A DNA stretch of 64,000 nucleotides from Eledone cirrhosa (taxonomy: Eukaryota), in assembly GCA_964016885.1 (NCBI GenBank), contig OZ024743.1, forward strand, positions 208,196,001 through 208,260,000, in the 5' to 3' direction. This document shows positions 38,286 through 53,200 of this stretch, piece after piece; position 1 is the stretch's first letter, and each line of letters opens with the position of its first letter. The translations under genes and the position numbers were made by a program. Below the pieces are notes generated by a model. It ran no database searches, was not told where the DNA came from, and saw only the letters and a program-made list of their open reading frames with translations.

Positions 38286-41200
38286 CAGTCAAGACAATGT
38301 CTATATACAGTCAAGACAATATCTATATACATTCAAGACAATGTCTATATACCCTCAAGACAATGTCTATATACGGTCAAGTCAAGATCTATATACAGTC
38401 AAGACAATGTCTATATACAGGTGAGAGAATGTCTATATACAGTAAAGACAATGTCTCTATACGGTCAAGACAACGTCTATATACAGTCAAGACAATGTCT
38501 ATATATGGTCAAGACAATGTCTATATACAGTCAAGACAATGTCTATATACAGTCAAGACAATGTCTATATACAGTCAAGACAATGTCTATATACAGTCAA
38601 GACAATGGCTATATACAGTCAAGACAATGTCTATATACGGTCAAGTCTAGGTCTATATACAGTCAAGACAATGTCTATATACAGTCAAGACAATGTCTTT
38701 ATACAGTCAAGACAATGTCTATATATGGTCAAGACAATGTCTATATATGGTCAAGGCAATGTCTATATAAGGTCAAGACAATGTCTATATACGGTCAAGA
38801 CAATGTCTATATACAATCAAGACGATGTCTATATATGGTCAAGACAATGTCTATATACAGTCAAGACAATGTCTATAAACAGTCAAGATAATGTCTATAT
38901 ACAGTCAAGACAATGTCTATATACGGTCAAGACAATGTCTATATACAGTCAAGACAATATCTATATACAGTCAAGACAATGTCTATATACGGTCAAGACA
39001 ATGTCTATATACAGTCAAGACAATGTCTATATACGGTCAAGACAATTTCTATATACATTCAAGACAATGTCTATATACGGTCAAGACAATGTATATACAT
39101 GGTCAAGACAATGTCTTTATACAGTCAAGACAATGCCTATATATGGTCAAGTTAAGGTCTCTATACAGTCAAGAGAATGTCTATATACAGTCAAGACAAT
39201 GTCTATATACGGTCAAGACAATGTCTATATACAGTCAAGACAATGTCTATATACAGTCAAAACAATGTCGATATACAGTCAAGACAATGTCTATATACGG
39301 TCAAGCCAAGGTCTATATATGGTCAAGACAATGTTTATATACAGTCAAGACAATGTCTATATACAGTCAAGACAATGTCTTTATACAGTCAAGACAATGT
39401 CTTTATACAGTCAAGACAATGTCTCTATACGGTCAAGTCAACTTCTCTATACAGTCAAGACAATGTCTATATACAGTCAAGACAATGTCTCTATACAGTC
39501 AAGACAATGTCTATATACAGTCAAGACAATGTCTATATACAGTCAAGACAATGTCTATATACAGTCAAGACAATGTCTATATACAGTCAAGACAATGTCT
39601 ATATACAGTCAAGACAATGTCTATATACGGTCAAGTCAAGGTCTATATTTAGTCAAGACAATGTCTATATACAGTCAAGACAATATCTATATACAGTCAA
39701 GACGATGTCTATATACAGTCAAGACAATGTCTTTATACAGTCAAGACAATGTCTTTATACAGTCAAGACAATGTCTCTATACGGTCAAGTCAACTTCTCT
39801 ATACAGTCAAGACAATGTCTATATACAGTCAAGACAATGTCTCTATACAGTCAAGACAATGTCTATATACAGTCAAGACAATGTCTATATACAGTCAAGA
39901 CAATGTCTATATACAGTCAAGACAATGTCTATATACAGTCAAGACAATGTCTATATACAGTCAAGACAATGTCTATATACGGTCAAGTCAAGGTCTATAT
40001 ATAGTCAAGACAATGTCTTTATACAGTCAAGACAATGTCTATATATGGTCAAGACAATGTCTATGTATGGTCAAGACAATGTCTTTATACAGTCAAGACA
40101 ATGTCTATATACAGTCAAGACAATGTCTATATACAGTCAAGACAATGTCTATATATGTTCAAGACAATGTCTATATAGAGTCAAGACAATGTCTATATAT
40201 GGTCAAGACATAGTCTATATACAGTCAAGACAATGTCTATATACAGTCAAGACAATGTCTATATACAGTCAAGACAATGTCTATATACAGTCAAGACAAT
40301 GTCTATATACAGTCAAGACAATGTCTATATACAGTCAAGACAATGTCTCTATACAGTCAAGACAATGTCTATATACAGTCAAGACAATGTCTATATACAG
40401 TCAAGACAATGTCTATATACAGTCAAGACAATGTCTATATACAGTCAAGACAATGTCTATATACCCTCAAGACAATGTCTATATACGGTCAAGTCAAGGT
40501 CTATATACAGTCAAGACAATGTCTATATACAGTCAAGACAATGTCTTTATATAGTCAAAACAATGTCTATATATGGTCAAGACAATATCTATATACAGTC
40601 AAGACAATGTCTATATACAGTCAAGACAATGTCTTTATACAGTCAAGACAATGTCTTTATACAGTCAAGACAATGTCTCTATACGGTCAAGTCAAGGTCT
40701 CTATACAGTCAAGACAATGTCTCTATACAGTCAAGACAATGTCTATATTCAGTCAAGACAATGTCTATATACGGTCAAGACAATGTCTATATACAGTCAA
40801 CACAATGTCTATATACAGTCAAGACAATATCTATATACGGTCAAGACAATGTCTATATACAGTCAAGACAATGTCTATATACAGTCAAGACAATGTCTAT
40901 ATACGGTCAAGACAATGTCTATATACAGTCAAGACAATGTCGATATACAGTCAAGACAATGTCTATATACGGTCAAGCCAAGGTCTATATATGGTCAAGA
41001 CAATGTCTATAAACAATCAAGACGATGTCTATATACGGTAAAGACAATGTCTCTATACGGTCAAGTCAAGGTCTATATACAGTCAAGACAATGTCTATAT
41101 ACAGTCAAGACAATGTCTTTATACAGTCAAGACAATATCTTTATACAGTCAAGACAATGTCTCTATACGGTCAAGTCAAGGTCTCTATACAGTCAAGACA

Positions 41201-44200
41201 ATGTCTATATACAGTCAAGACAATGTCTCTATACAGTCAAGACAATGTCTATATACAGTCAAGACAATGTCTATATACAGTCAAGACAATGTCTATATAC
41301 AGTCAAGACAATGTCTATATACGGTCAAGTCAAGGTCTATATACGGTCAAGTCAATGTCTATATACAGTCAAGACGATGTCTATATACAGTCAAGACAAT
41401 GTCTTTATACAGTCAAGACAATGTTTATATATGGTCAAGACAATGTCTATATATGGTCAAGACAATGTCTATATAAGGTCAAGACAATGTCTATATACGG
41501 TCAAGACAATGTCTATATACAATGAAGACGATGTCTATATATGGTCAAGACAATGTCTATATACAGTCAAGACAATGTCTATATACAGTCAAGATAATGT
41601 CTATATACAGTCAAGACAATGTCTTTATACAGTCAAGAAAATGCCTATATATGGTCAAGTCAAGGTCTCTATACAGTCAAGACAATGTCTATATACAGTC
41701 AAGTCAATGTCTATATACAGTCAAGACAATGTCTATATACGGTCAAGCCAAGGTCTATATACAGTCAAGGCAATGTCTATATATGGTCAAGACAATGTCT
41801 ATATAGAGTCAAGACAATGTCTATATATGGTCAAGACATGGTCTATATACAGTAAAGACAATGTCTATATACAGTCAAGACAATGTCTATATACACTCAA
41901 GACAATATCTATATACAGTCAAGACAATGTCTATATACAGTCAAGACAATGTCTATATACAGTCAAGACAATGTCTATATACAGTCAAGACAATGTCTAT
42001 ATATGGTCAAGACAATGTCTATATACAGTCAAGACAATGTCTATATACGGTCAAGACAATGTTTATATACAGTCAAGACAATGTCTATATACGGTCAAGA
42101 CAATGTATATATACGGTCAAGACAATGTCTATATACAGTAAAGGCAATGTCTATATACGATCAAGTCAAGGTCTCTATACAGTCAAGACAATGTCTATAT
42201 ACAGTCAAGACAATGTCTTTATACAGTCAAGACAATGTCTATATACGGTCAAGACAATGTCTATATACAATCAAAACGATGTCTATATACGGTAAAGACA
42301 ATGTCTCTATACGGTCAAAACAATGTCTTTATACAGTCAAGACAATGTCTATATACGGTCAAGACAATATCTATATATGGTCAAGACAATGTCTATATAC
42401 AGTCAAGACAATGTCTATATACAGTCAAGACAATGTCTATATACAGTCAAGACAATGTCTATATACAGTCAAGAAAATGTCTATATACAGTCAAGACAAT
42501 GTCTATATACGGTCAAGTCTAGGTCTATATACAGTCAAGACAATGTCTATATACAGTCAAGACAATGTCTTTATACAGTCAAGACAATGTCTATATATGG
42601 TCAAGACAATGTCTATATATGCTCAAGGCAATGTCTATATAAGGTCAAGACAATGTCTATATACGGTCAAGACAATGTCTATATACAATCAAGACGATGT
42701 CTAAATATGGTCAAGACAATGTCTATATACAGTCAAGACAATGTCTATATACAGTCAAGACAATGTCTATATACAGTCAAGACAATGTCTATATACGGTC
42801 AAGACAATGTCTATATACAGTCAAGACAATATCTATATACGGTCAAGACAATGTCTATATACAGTCAAGACAATGTCTTTATACAGTCAAGACAATGTCT
42901 ATATATGGTCAAGACAATGTCTTTATACAGTCAAGTCAATGTCTATATATGGTCAAGACAATGTCTATATATGCTCAAGGCAATGTCTATATAAGGTCAA
43001 GACAATGTCTATATACGGTCAAGACAATGTCTATATACAATCAAGACGATGTCTAAATATGGTCAAGACAATGTCTATATACAGTCAAGACAATGTCTAT
43101 ATACATTCAAGACAACGTATATATACGGTCAAGACAATGTCTATATAGTCAAGGCAATGTCTATATACGATCAAGTCAAGGTCTCTATACAGTCAAGACA
43201 ATGTCTATATACAATCAAGACAATGTCAATATACGGTCAAGACAATGTTTTTATACAGTCACGACAATATCTTTATACGGTCAAGACAATGTCTATATAC
43301 AGTCAAGACAATGTCTATATACAATCAAGACGATGTCTATATATGATAAAGATAATGTCTATATATGGTCAAGACAATGTCTATATAATGTCAAGACAAT
43401 GTCTATATACAATCAAGACGATGTCTATATATGGTCAAGACAATGTCTATATATGGTCAAGACAATGTCTATATAAGGTCAAGACGATGTCTATATACGG
43501 TCAAGACAATGTCTATATATGGTCAAGACAATGTCTATATACAATCAAGACGATGTCTATATATGGTCAAGACAATCTCTATATACAGTCAAGACAAATG
43601 TCTATATACAGTCAAGATAATGTCTATATACAGTCAAGACAATGTCTATATACGGTCAAGACAATGTCTATATACAATGAAGACAATATCTATATACGGT
43701 CAAGACAATGTCTATATACAGTCAAGACAATGTATATATACAGTCAAGACAATGTCTATATACGGTCAAGACAATGTCTATATACAATCAAGACAATGTC
43801 TATATACGGTCAAGACAATGTCTATATACAGTCAAGACAATGTCTATATACGGTCAAGACAATGTATATATACGGTCAAGACAATGTCTATATACAGTCA
43901 AGGCAATGTCTATATACGATCAAGTCAAGGTCTCTATACAGTCAAGACAATGTCTATATACAGTCAAGACAATGTCTTTATACAGTCAAGACAATGTCTA
44001 TATACGGTCAAGACAATGTGTATATATGGTCAAGACAATGTCTATATACAGTCAAGACAATGTCTATATACAGTCAAGACAATGTCTATATACGGTCAAG
44101 ACAATGTCTATATACAGTCAAGACGATATCTATATACGGTCAAGACAATGTCTATATACAGTCAAGACAATGTCTATATACAGGCAAGACAATGTCTATA

Positions 44201-47200
44201 TACGGTAAAGATAATGTCTATATATGGTCAAGACAATGTCTATATAAGGTCAAGACAAGGTCTATATACGGTCAAGACAATGTCTATATATGGTCAAGAC
44301 AATGTCTATATATAATCAAGACGATGTCTATATACGGTAAAGAAAATGTCTCTATACGGTCAAGACAATGTCTTTATACAGTCAAGACAATGTCTATATA
44401 CGGTCAAGACAATGTCTATATATGGTCAAGACAATGTCTATATACAGTCAAGACAATGTCTATATACAGTCAAGACAATGTCTATATACGGTCAAGACAA
44501 TGTCTATATACAGTCAAGACAATATCTATATACGGTCAAGACAATGTCTATATACAGTCAAGACAATGTCTATATACAGTCAAGACAATGTCTATATACA
44601 GTCAAGACAATATCTATATACAGTCAAGACAATGTCTATATACGGTCAAGCCAAGGTCTATATACGGTCAAGACAATGTCTATATACAATCAAGACGATG
44701 TCTATATACGGTAAAGACAATGTCTCTATACGGTCAAGTCAAGGTCTATATACAGTCAAGACAATGTCTATATACAGTCAAGACAGTGTCTTTATAAAGT
44801 CAAGACAATGTATTTATACAGTCAAGACAATGTCTCTATACGGTCAAGTCAAGGTCTCTATACACTCAAGACAATGTCTATATACAGTCAAGACAATGTC
44901 TCTATACAGTCAAGACAATATCTATATACAGTCAAGGCAATGTCTATATACGGTCAAGACAATGTCTATATACAGTCAAGACAATGTCTATATACAGTCA
45001 AGACAATGTCTTTATATAGTCAAGACAATGTATTTATACAGTCAAGACAATGTCTATATACAGTCAAGACAATGTCTATATACACTCAAGACAATATCTA
45101 TATACAGTCAAGACAATGTCTATATACAGTCAAGACAATGTCTATATACAGTCAAGACAATGTCTATATACAGTCAAGACAATGTCTATATACGGTCAAG
45201 ACAATGTCTATATACAGTCAAGACAATGTCTATATACGGTCAAGACAATGTCTATATACAGTCAAGACAATGTCTATATACGGTCAAGACAATGTATATA
45301 TACGGTCAAGAAAATGTCTATATACAGTAAAGGCAATGTCTATATACGATCAAGTCAAGGTCTCTATACAGTCAAGACAATGTCTATATACAGTCAAGAC
45401 AATGTCTTTATACAGTCAAGACAATGTCTATATACTGTCAAGACAATGTCTATATACAATCAAGACGATGTCTATATACGGTAAAGACAATGTCTCTATA
45501 CGGTCAAAACAATGTCTTTATACAGTGAAGACAATGTCTATATACGGTCAAGACAATGTCTATATATGGTCAAGACAATGTCTATATACAGTCAAGACAA
45601 TGTCTATATACAGTCAAGACAATGTCTATATACAGTCAAGACAATGTCTATATACAGTCAAGACAATGTCTATATACAGTCAAGACAATGTCTATATACG
45701 GTCAAGTCTAGGTCTATATACAGTCAAGACAATGTCTATATACAGTCAAGACAATGTCTATATACAGTCAAGACAATGTCTATATATGAACAAGACAATG
45801 TCTATATATGGTCAAGGCAATGTCTATATAATGTCAAGACAATGTCTATATACGGTCAAGACAATGTCTATATACAATCAAGAAGATGTCTAAATATGGT
45901 CAAGACAATGTCTATATACAGTCAAGATAATGTCTATATACAGTCAAGACAATGTCTATATACGGTCAAGACAATGTCTATATACAGTCAAGACAATGTC
46001 TATATACAGTCAAGACAATGTCTATATACAGTCAAGACAATGTCTATATACAGTCAAGACAATGTCTATATACAGTCAAGACAATATCTATATACGGTCA
46101 AGAAAATGTCTATATACAGTCAAGACAATGTCTATATACAGGCAAGACAATGTCTATATACGGTAAAGACAATGTCTCTATACAGTCAAGACAATGTCTA
46201 TATACAGTCAAGACAATGTCTATATGCGGTCAAGACAATGTCTATATACAGTCAAGACAATGTCTATATACAGTCAAGACAATGTCTATATACGGTCAAG
46301 ACAATGTCTATATACAGTCAAGACAATGTCTATATACAATCAAGACGATGTCTATATACGGTAAAGAAAATGTCTCTATACAGTCAAGACAATGTCTTTA
46401 TACAGTCAAGATAATGTCTATATACGGTCAAGACAATGTCTATATATGGTCAAGACAATGTCTATATACAGTCATGACAATGTCTATATACAGTCAAGAC
46501 AATGTCTATATACGGTCAAGACAATGTCTATATACAGTCAAGACAATATCTATATACGGTCAAGACAATGTCTATATACAGTCAAGACAATGTCTATATA
46601 CAGGCAAGACAATGTCTATATACGGTAAAGATAATGTCTATATATGGTCAAGACAATGTCTATATAAGGTCAAGACAATGTCTATATATGGTCAAGACAA
46701 TGTCTATATATGGTCAAGACAATGTCTATATACAATCAAGACGATGTCTATATACGGTAAAGAAAATGTCTCTATACGGTCAAGACAATGTCTTTATACA
46801 GTCAAGACAATGTCTATATACGGTCAAGACAATGTCTATATATGGTCGAGACAATGTCTATATACAGTCATGACAATGTCTATATACAGTCAAGCCAATG
46901 TCTATATTCGGTCAAGACAATGTCTATATACAGTCAATACAATATCTATATACGGTCAAGACAATGTCTATATACAGTCAAGACAATGTCTATATACAGT
47001 CAAGACAATGTCTATATACAGTCAAGACAATATCTATATACAGTCAAGACAATGTCTATATACGGTCAAGCCAAGGTCTATATATGGTCAAGACAATGTC
47101 TATATACAATCAAGACGATGTCTATATACGGTAAAGACAATGTCTCTATACGGTCAAGTCAAGGTCTATATACAGTCAAGACAATGTCTATATACAGTCA

Positions 47201-50200
47201 AGACAATGTCTTTATACAGTCAAGACAACGTATTTATACAGTCAATACAATGTCTCTATACGGTCAAGTCAAGGTCTCTATACACTCAAGACAATGTCTA
47301 TATACAGTCAAGACAATGTCTTTATACAGTCAAGACAATGTTTATATATGGTCAAGACAAAGTCTATCTATGGTCAAGACAATGTCTATATAAGGTCAAG
47401 ACAATGTCTATATACGGTCAAGACAATGTCTATATACAATGAAGACGATGTCTATATATGGTCAAGACAATGTCTATATACAGTCAAGACAATGTCTATA
47501 TACAGTCAAGATAATGTCTATATACAGTCAAGACAATGTCTTTATACAGTCAAGACAATGCCTATATATGGTCAAGTCAATGTCTCTATACAGTCAAGAC
47601 AATGTCTATATACAGTCAAGACAATGTCTATATACGGTCAAGCCAAGGTCTATATACAATCAAGGCAATGTCTATATAGAGTCAAGACAATGTCTATATA
47701 TGGTCAAGACATGGTCTATATACAGTAAAGACAATGTCTATATACAGTCAAGACAATGTCTATATACACTCAAGACAATATCTATATACAGTCAAGACAA
47801 TGTCTATATACAGTCAAGACAATGTCTATATACAGTCAAGACAATGTCTATATACAGTCAAGACAATGTCTATATACGGTCAAGACAATGTCTATATACA
47901 GTCAAGACAATGTCTATATACAGTCAAGACAATGTCTTTATACAGTCAAGACAATGTATTTATACAGTCAAGACAATGTCTCTATACGGTCAAGTCAAGG
48001 TCTCTATACACTCAAGACAATGTCTATATACAGTCAAGACAATGTCTCTATACAGTCAAGACAATATCTATATACAGTCAAGACAATGTCTATATACGGT
48101 CAAGAGAATGTCTATATACAGTCAAGACAATGTCTATATACAGTCAAGACAATGTCTTTATATAGTCAAGACAATGTATTTATACAGTCAAGACAATGTC
48201 TATATACAGTCAAGACAATGTCTATATACACTCAAGACAATATCTATATACAGTCAAGACAATGTCTATATACAGTCAAGACAATGTCTATATACAGTCA
48301 AGACAATGTCTATATACAGTCAAGACAATGTCTATATACGGTCAAGACAATGTCTATATACAGTCAAGACAATGTCTATATACGGTCAAGACAATGTCTA
48401 TATACAGTCAAGACAATGTCTATATACGGTCAAGACAATGTATATATACGGTCAAGACAATGTCTATATACAGTAAAGGCAATGTCTATATACGATCAAG
48501 TCAAGGTCTATATACGGTCAAGACAATGTCTATATACAATCAAGACGATGTCTATATACGGGAAAGACAATGTCTCTATACGGTCAAAACAATGTCTTTA
48601 TACAGTCAAGACAATGTCTACATACGGTCAACACAATGTCTATATATGGTCAAGACAATGTCTATATACAGTCAAGACAATGTCTATATATAGTCAAGAC
48701 AATGTCTATATACGGTCAAGACAATGTCTATATACAGTCAAGACAATGTCGATATACAGGCAAGACAATGTCTATATACACTAAAGACAATGTCTCTATA
48801 CGGTCAAGACAATGTCTATATACAGTCAAGACAATGTCTATATATGGTCAAGACAATGTCTATATACAGTCAAGACAATGTCTATATACAGTCAAGACAA
48901 TGTCTATATACAGTCAAGACAATGTCTATATACAGTCAAGACAATGTCTATATACAGTCAAGACAATGTCTATATACGGTCAAGTCTAGGTCTATATACA
49001 GTCAAGACAATGTCTATATACAGTCAAGACAATGTCTTTATACAGTCAAGACAATGTCTATATATGGTCAAGACAATGTCTATATATGGTCAAGGCAATG
49101 TCTATATAAGGTCAAGACAATGTCTATATACGTTCAAGACAATGTCTATATACAATCAAGACGATGTCTAAATATGGTCAAGACAATGTCTATATAGAGT
49201 CAAGACAATGTCTATATACAGTCAAGATAATGTCTATATACAGTCAAGACAATGTCTATATACGCTCAAGACAATGTCTATATACAGTCAAGACAATATC
49301 TATATACTGTCAAGACAATGTCTATATACAGTCAAGACAATGTCTATATACAGTCACGACAATGTCTATATACAGTCAAGACAATGTCTATATACGGTCA
49401 AGACAATGTCTATATACTGTCAAGACAATATCTATATACGGTCAAGACAATGTCTATATACAGTCAAGACAATGTCTATATACAGGCAAGACAATGTCTA
49501 TATACGGTAAAGACAATGTCTCTATACAGTCAAGACAATGTCTATATACGGTCAAGACAATGTCTTTATACAGTCACGACAATATATTTATATGCTCAAG
49601 ACAATGTCTATATACAGTCAAGACAATGTCTATATACAATCAAGACGATGTCTATATACGGTAAAGATAATGTCTATATATGGTCAAGACAATGTCTATA
49701 TAAGGTCAAGACAATGTCTATATACGGTCAAGACAATGTCTATATATGGTCAAGACAATGTCTATATACAATCAAGACGATGTCTATATATGGTCAAGAC
49801 AATGTCTATATATGGTCAAGACAATGTCTATATAAGGTCAAGACAATGTCTATATACGGTCAAGACAATGTCTATATATGGTCAAGACAATGTCTATATA
49901 CAATCAAGACGATGTCTATATATGGTCAAGACAATCTCTATATACAGTCAAGACAATGTCTATATACAGTCAAGATAATGTCTATATACAGTCAAGACAA
50001 TGTCTATATACGGTCAAGACAATGTCTATATACAGTGAAGACAATATCTATATACGGTCAAGACAATGTCTATATACAGTCAAGACAATGTATATATACA
50101 GTCAAGACAATGTCTATATACGGTCAAGACAATGTCTATATACAATCAAGACAATGTCTATATACGGTCAAGACAATGTCTATATACAGTCAAGACAATG

Positions 50201-53200
50201 TCTATATATGGTCAAGACAATGTCTATATAAGGTCAAGACAATGTCTATATACGGTCAAGACAATGTCTATATATGGTCAAGACAGTGTCTATATACAAT
50301 CAAGACGATGTCTATATACGGTAAAGAAAATGTCTCTATATGGTCAAGACAATGTCTTTATACAGTCAAGACAATGTCTATATACGGTCAAGACAATGTC
50401 TATATATGGTCAAGACAATGTCTATATACAGTCATGACAATGTCTATATACAGTCAAGACAATGTCTATATACGGTCAAGACAATGTCTATATACAGTCA
50501 AGACAATATCTATATACGGTCAAGACAATGTCTATATACAGTCAAGACAATGTCTATATACAGGCAAGACAATGTCTATATACGGTAAAGATAATGTCTA
50601 TATATGGTCAAGACAATGTCTATATAAGGTCAAGACAATGTCTATATACGGTCAAGACAATGTCTATATATGGTCAAGACAATCTCTATATACAATCAAG
50701 ACGATGTCTATATACGGTAAAGAAAATGTCTCTATATGGTCAAGACAATGTCTTTATACAATCAAGGCAATGTCTATATATGGTCAAGACAATGTCTATA
50801 TAGAGTCAAGACAATGTCTATATATGGTCAAGACATGGTCTATATACAGTAAAGACAATGTCTATATACAGTCAAGACAATGTCTATATACACTCAAGAC
50901 AATATCTATATACAGTCAAGACAATGTCTATATACAGTCAAGACAATGTCTATATACAGTCAAGACAATGTCTATATACGGTCAAGACAATGTCTATATA
51001 CAGTCAAGACAATGTCGATATACAGGCAAGACAATGTCTATATACACTAAAGACAATGTCTCTATACGGTCAAGACAATGTCTATATACAGTCAAGACAA
51101 TGTCTATATACAGTCAAGACAATGTCTATATACAGTCAAGACAATGTCTATATACGGTCAAGTCTAGGTCTATATACAGTCAAGACAATGTCTATATACA
51201 GTCAAGACAATGTCTTTATACAGTCAAGACAATGTCTATATATGGTGAAGACAATGTCTATATATGGTCAAGGCAATGTCTATATAAGGTCAAGACAATG
51301 TCTATATACGTTCAAGACAATGTCTATATACAATCAAGACGATGTCTAAATATGGTCAAGACAATGTCTATATACAGTCAAGACAATGTCTATATACAGT
51401 CAAGATAATGTCTATATACAGTCAAGACAATGTCTATATACGCTCAAGACAATGTCTATATACAGTCAAGACAATATCTATATACGGTCAAGACAATGTC
51501 TATATACAGTCAAGACAATGTCTATATACAGTCAAGACAATGTCTATATACAGTCAAGACAATGTCTATATACGGTCAAGACAATGTCTATATACAGTCA
51601 AGACAATATCTATATATGGTCAAGACAATGTCTATATACAGTCAAGACATTGTCTATATACAGGCAAGACAATGTCTATATACGGTAAAGACAATGTCTC
51701 TATACAGTCAAGACAATGTCTATATACGGTCAAGACAATGTCTATATACAGTCAAGACAATGTCTATATACAATCAAGACGATGTCTATATACGGTAAAG
51801 ATAATGTCTATATATGGTCAAGACAATGTCTATATAAGGTCAAGACAATGTCTATATACGGTCAAGACAATGTCTATATATGGTCAAGACAATGTCTATA
51901 TACAATCAAGACGATGTCTATATACGGTAAAGAAAATGTCTCTATACGGTCAAGACAATGTCTTTATACAGTCAAGACAATGTCTATACACGGTCAAGAC
52001 AATGTCTATATATGGTCAAGACAATGTCTATATACAGTCATGACAATGTCAATATACAGTCAAGACAATGTCTATATACGGTCAAGACAATGTCTATATA
52101 CAGTCAAGACAATATCTATATAAGGTCAAGGCAATGTCTATATACAGTCAAGACAATGTCTATATACAGTCAAGAAAATGTCTATATACAGTCAAGACAA
52201 TGTCTATATACAGTCAAGACAATGTCTATATACGGTCAAGCCAAGGTCTATATATGGTCAAGACAATGTCTATATACAATCAAGACGATGTCTATATACG
52301 GTAAAGACAATGTCTCTATACGGTCAAGTCAAGGTCTATATACAGTCAAGGCAATGTCTATATATGGTCAAGACAATGTCTATATAGAGTCAAGACAATG
52401 TCTATATATGGTCAAGACATGGTCTATATACAGTAAAGACAATGTCTATATACAGTCAAGACAATGTCTATATACACTCAAGACAATATCTATATACAGT
52501 CAAGACAATGTCTATATACAGTCAAGACAATGTCTATATACAGTCAAGACAATGTCTATATACAGTCAAGACAATGTCTATATACGGTCAAGACAATGTC
52601 TATATACAGTCAAGACAATGTCTATATACGGTCAAGAGAATGTCTATATACAGTCAAGACAATGTCTATATACGGTCAAGACAATGTATATATACGGTCA
52701 AGACAATGTCTATATACAGTAAAGGCAATGTCTATATACGATCAAGTCAAGGTCTCTATACAGTCAAGACAATGTCTATATACAGTCAAGACAATGTCTT
52801 TATACAGTCAAGACAATGTCTATATACGGTCAAGACAATGTCTATATACAATCAAGACGATGTCTATATACGGTAAAGACAATGTCTCTATACGGTCAAA
52901 ACAATGTCTTTATACAGTCAAGACAATGTCTACATACGGTCAACACAATGTCTATATATGGTCAAGACAATGTCTATATACAGTCAAGACAATGTCTATA
53001 TAGAGTCAAGACAATGTCTATATACGGTCAAGACAATGTCTCTATACAGTCAAGACAATGTCGATATACAGGCAAGACAATGTCTATATACACTAAAGAC
53101 AATGTCTCTATACGGTCAAGACAATGTCTATATACAGTCAAGACAATGTCTATATATGGTCAAGACAATGTCTATATACAGTCAAGACAATGTCTATATA

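Noticed and set aside
37192-38332. Short ORFs 37192-37374, 37843-38061 and 37988-38332
   Set aside because: They cross AT-rich, microsatellite or satellite sequence and show no recognisable protein features.
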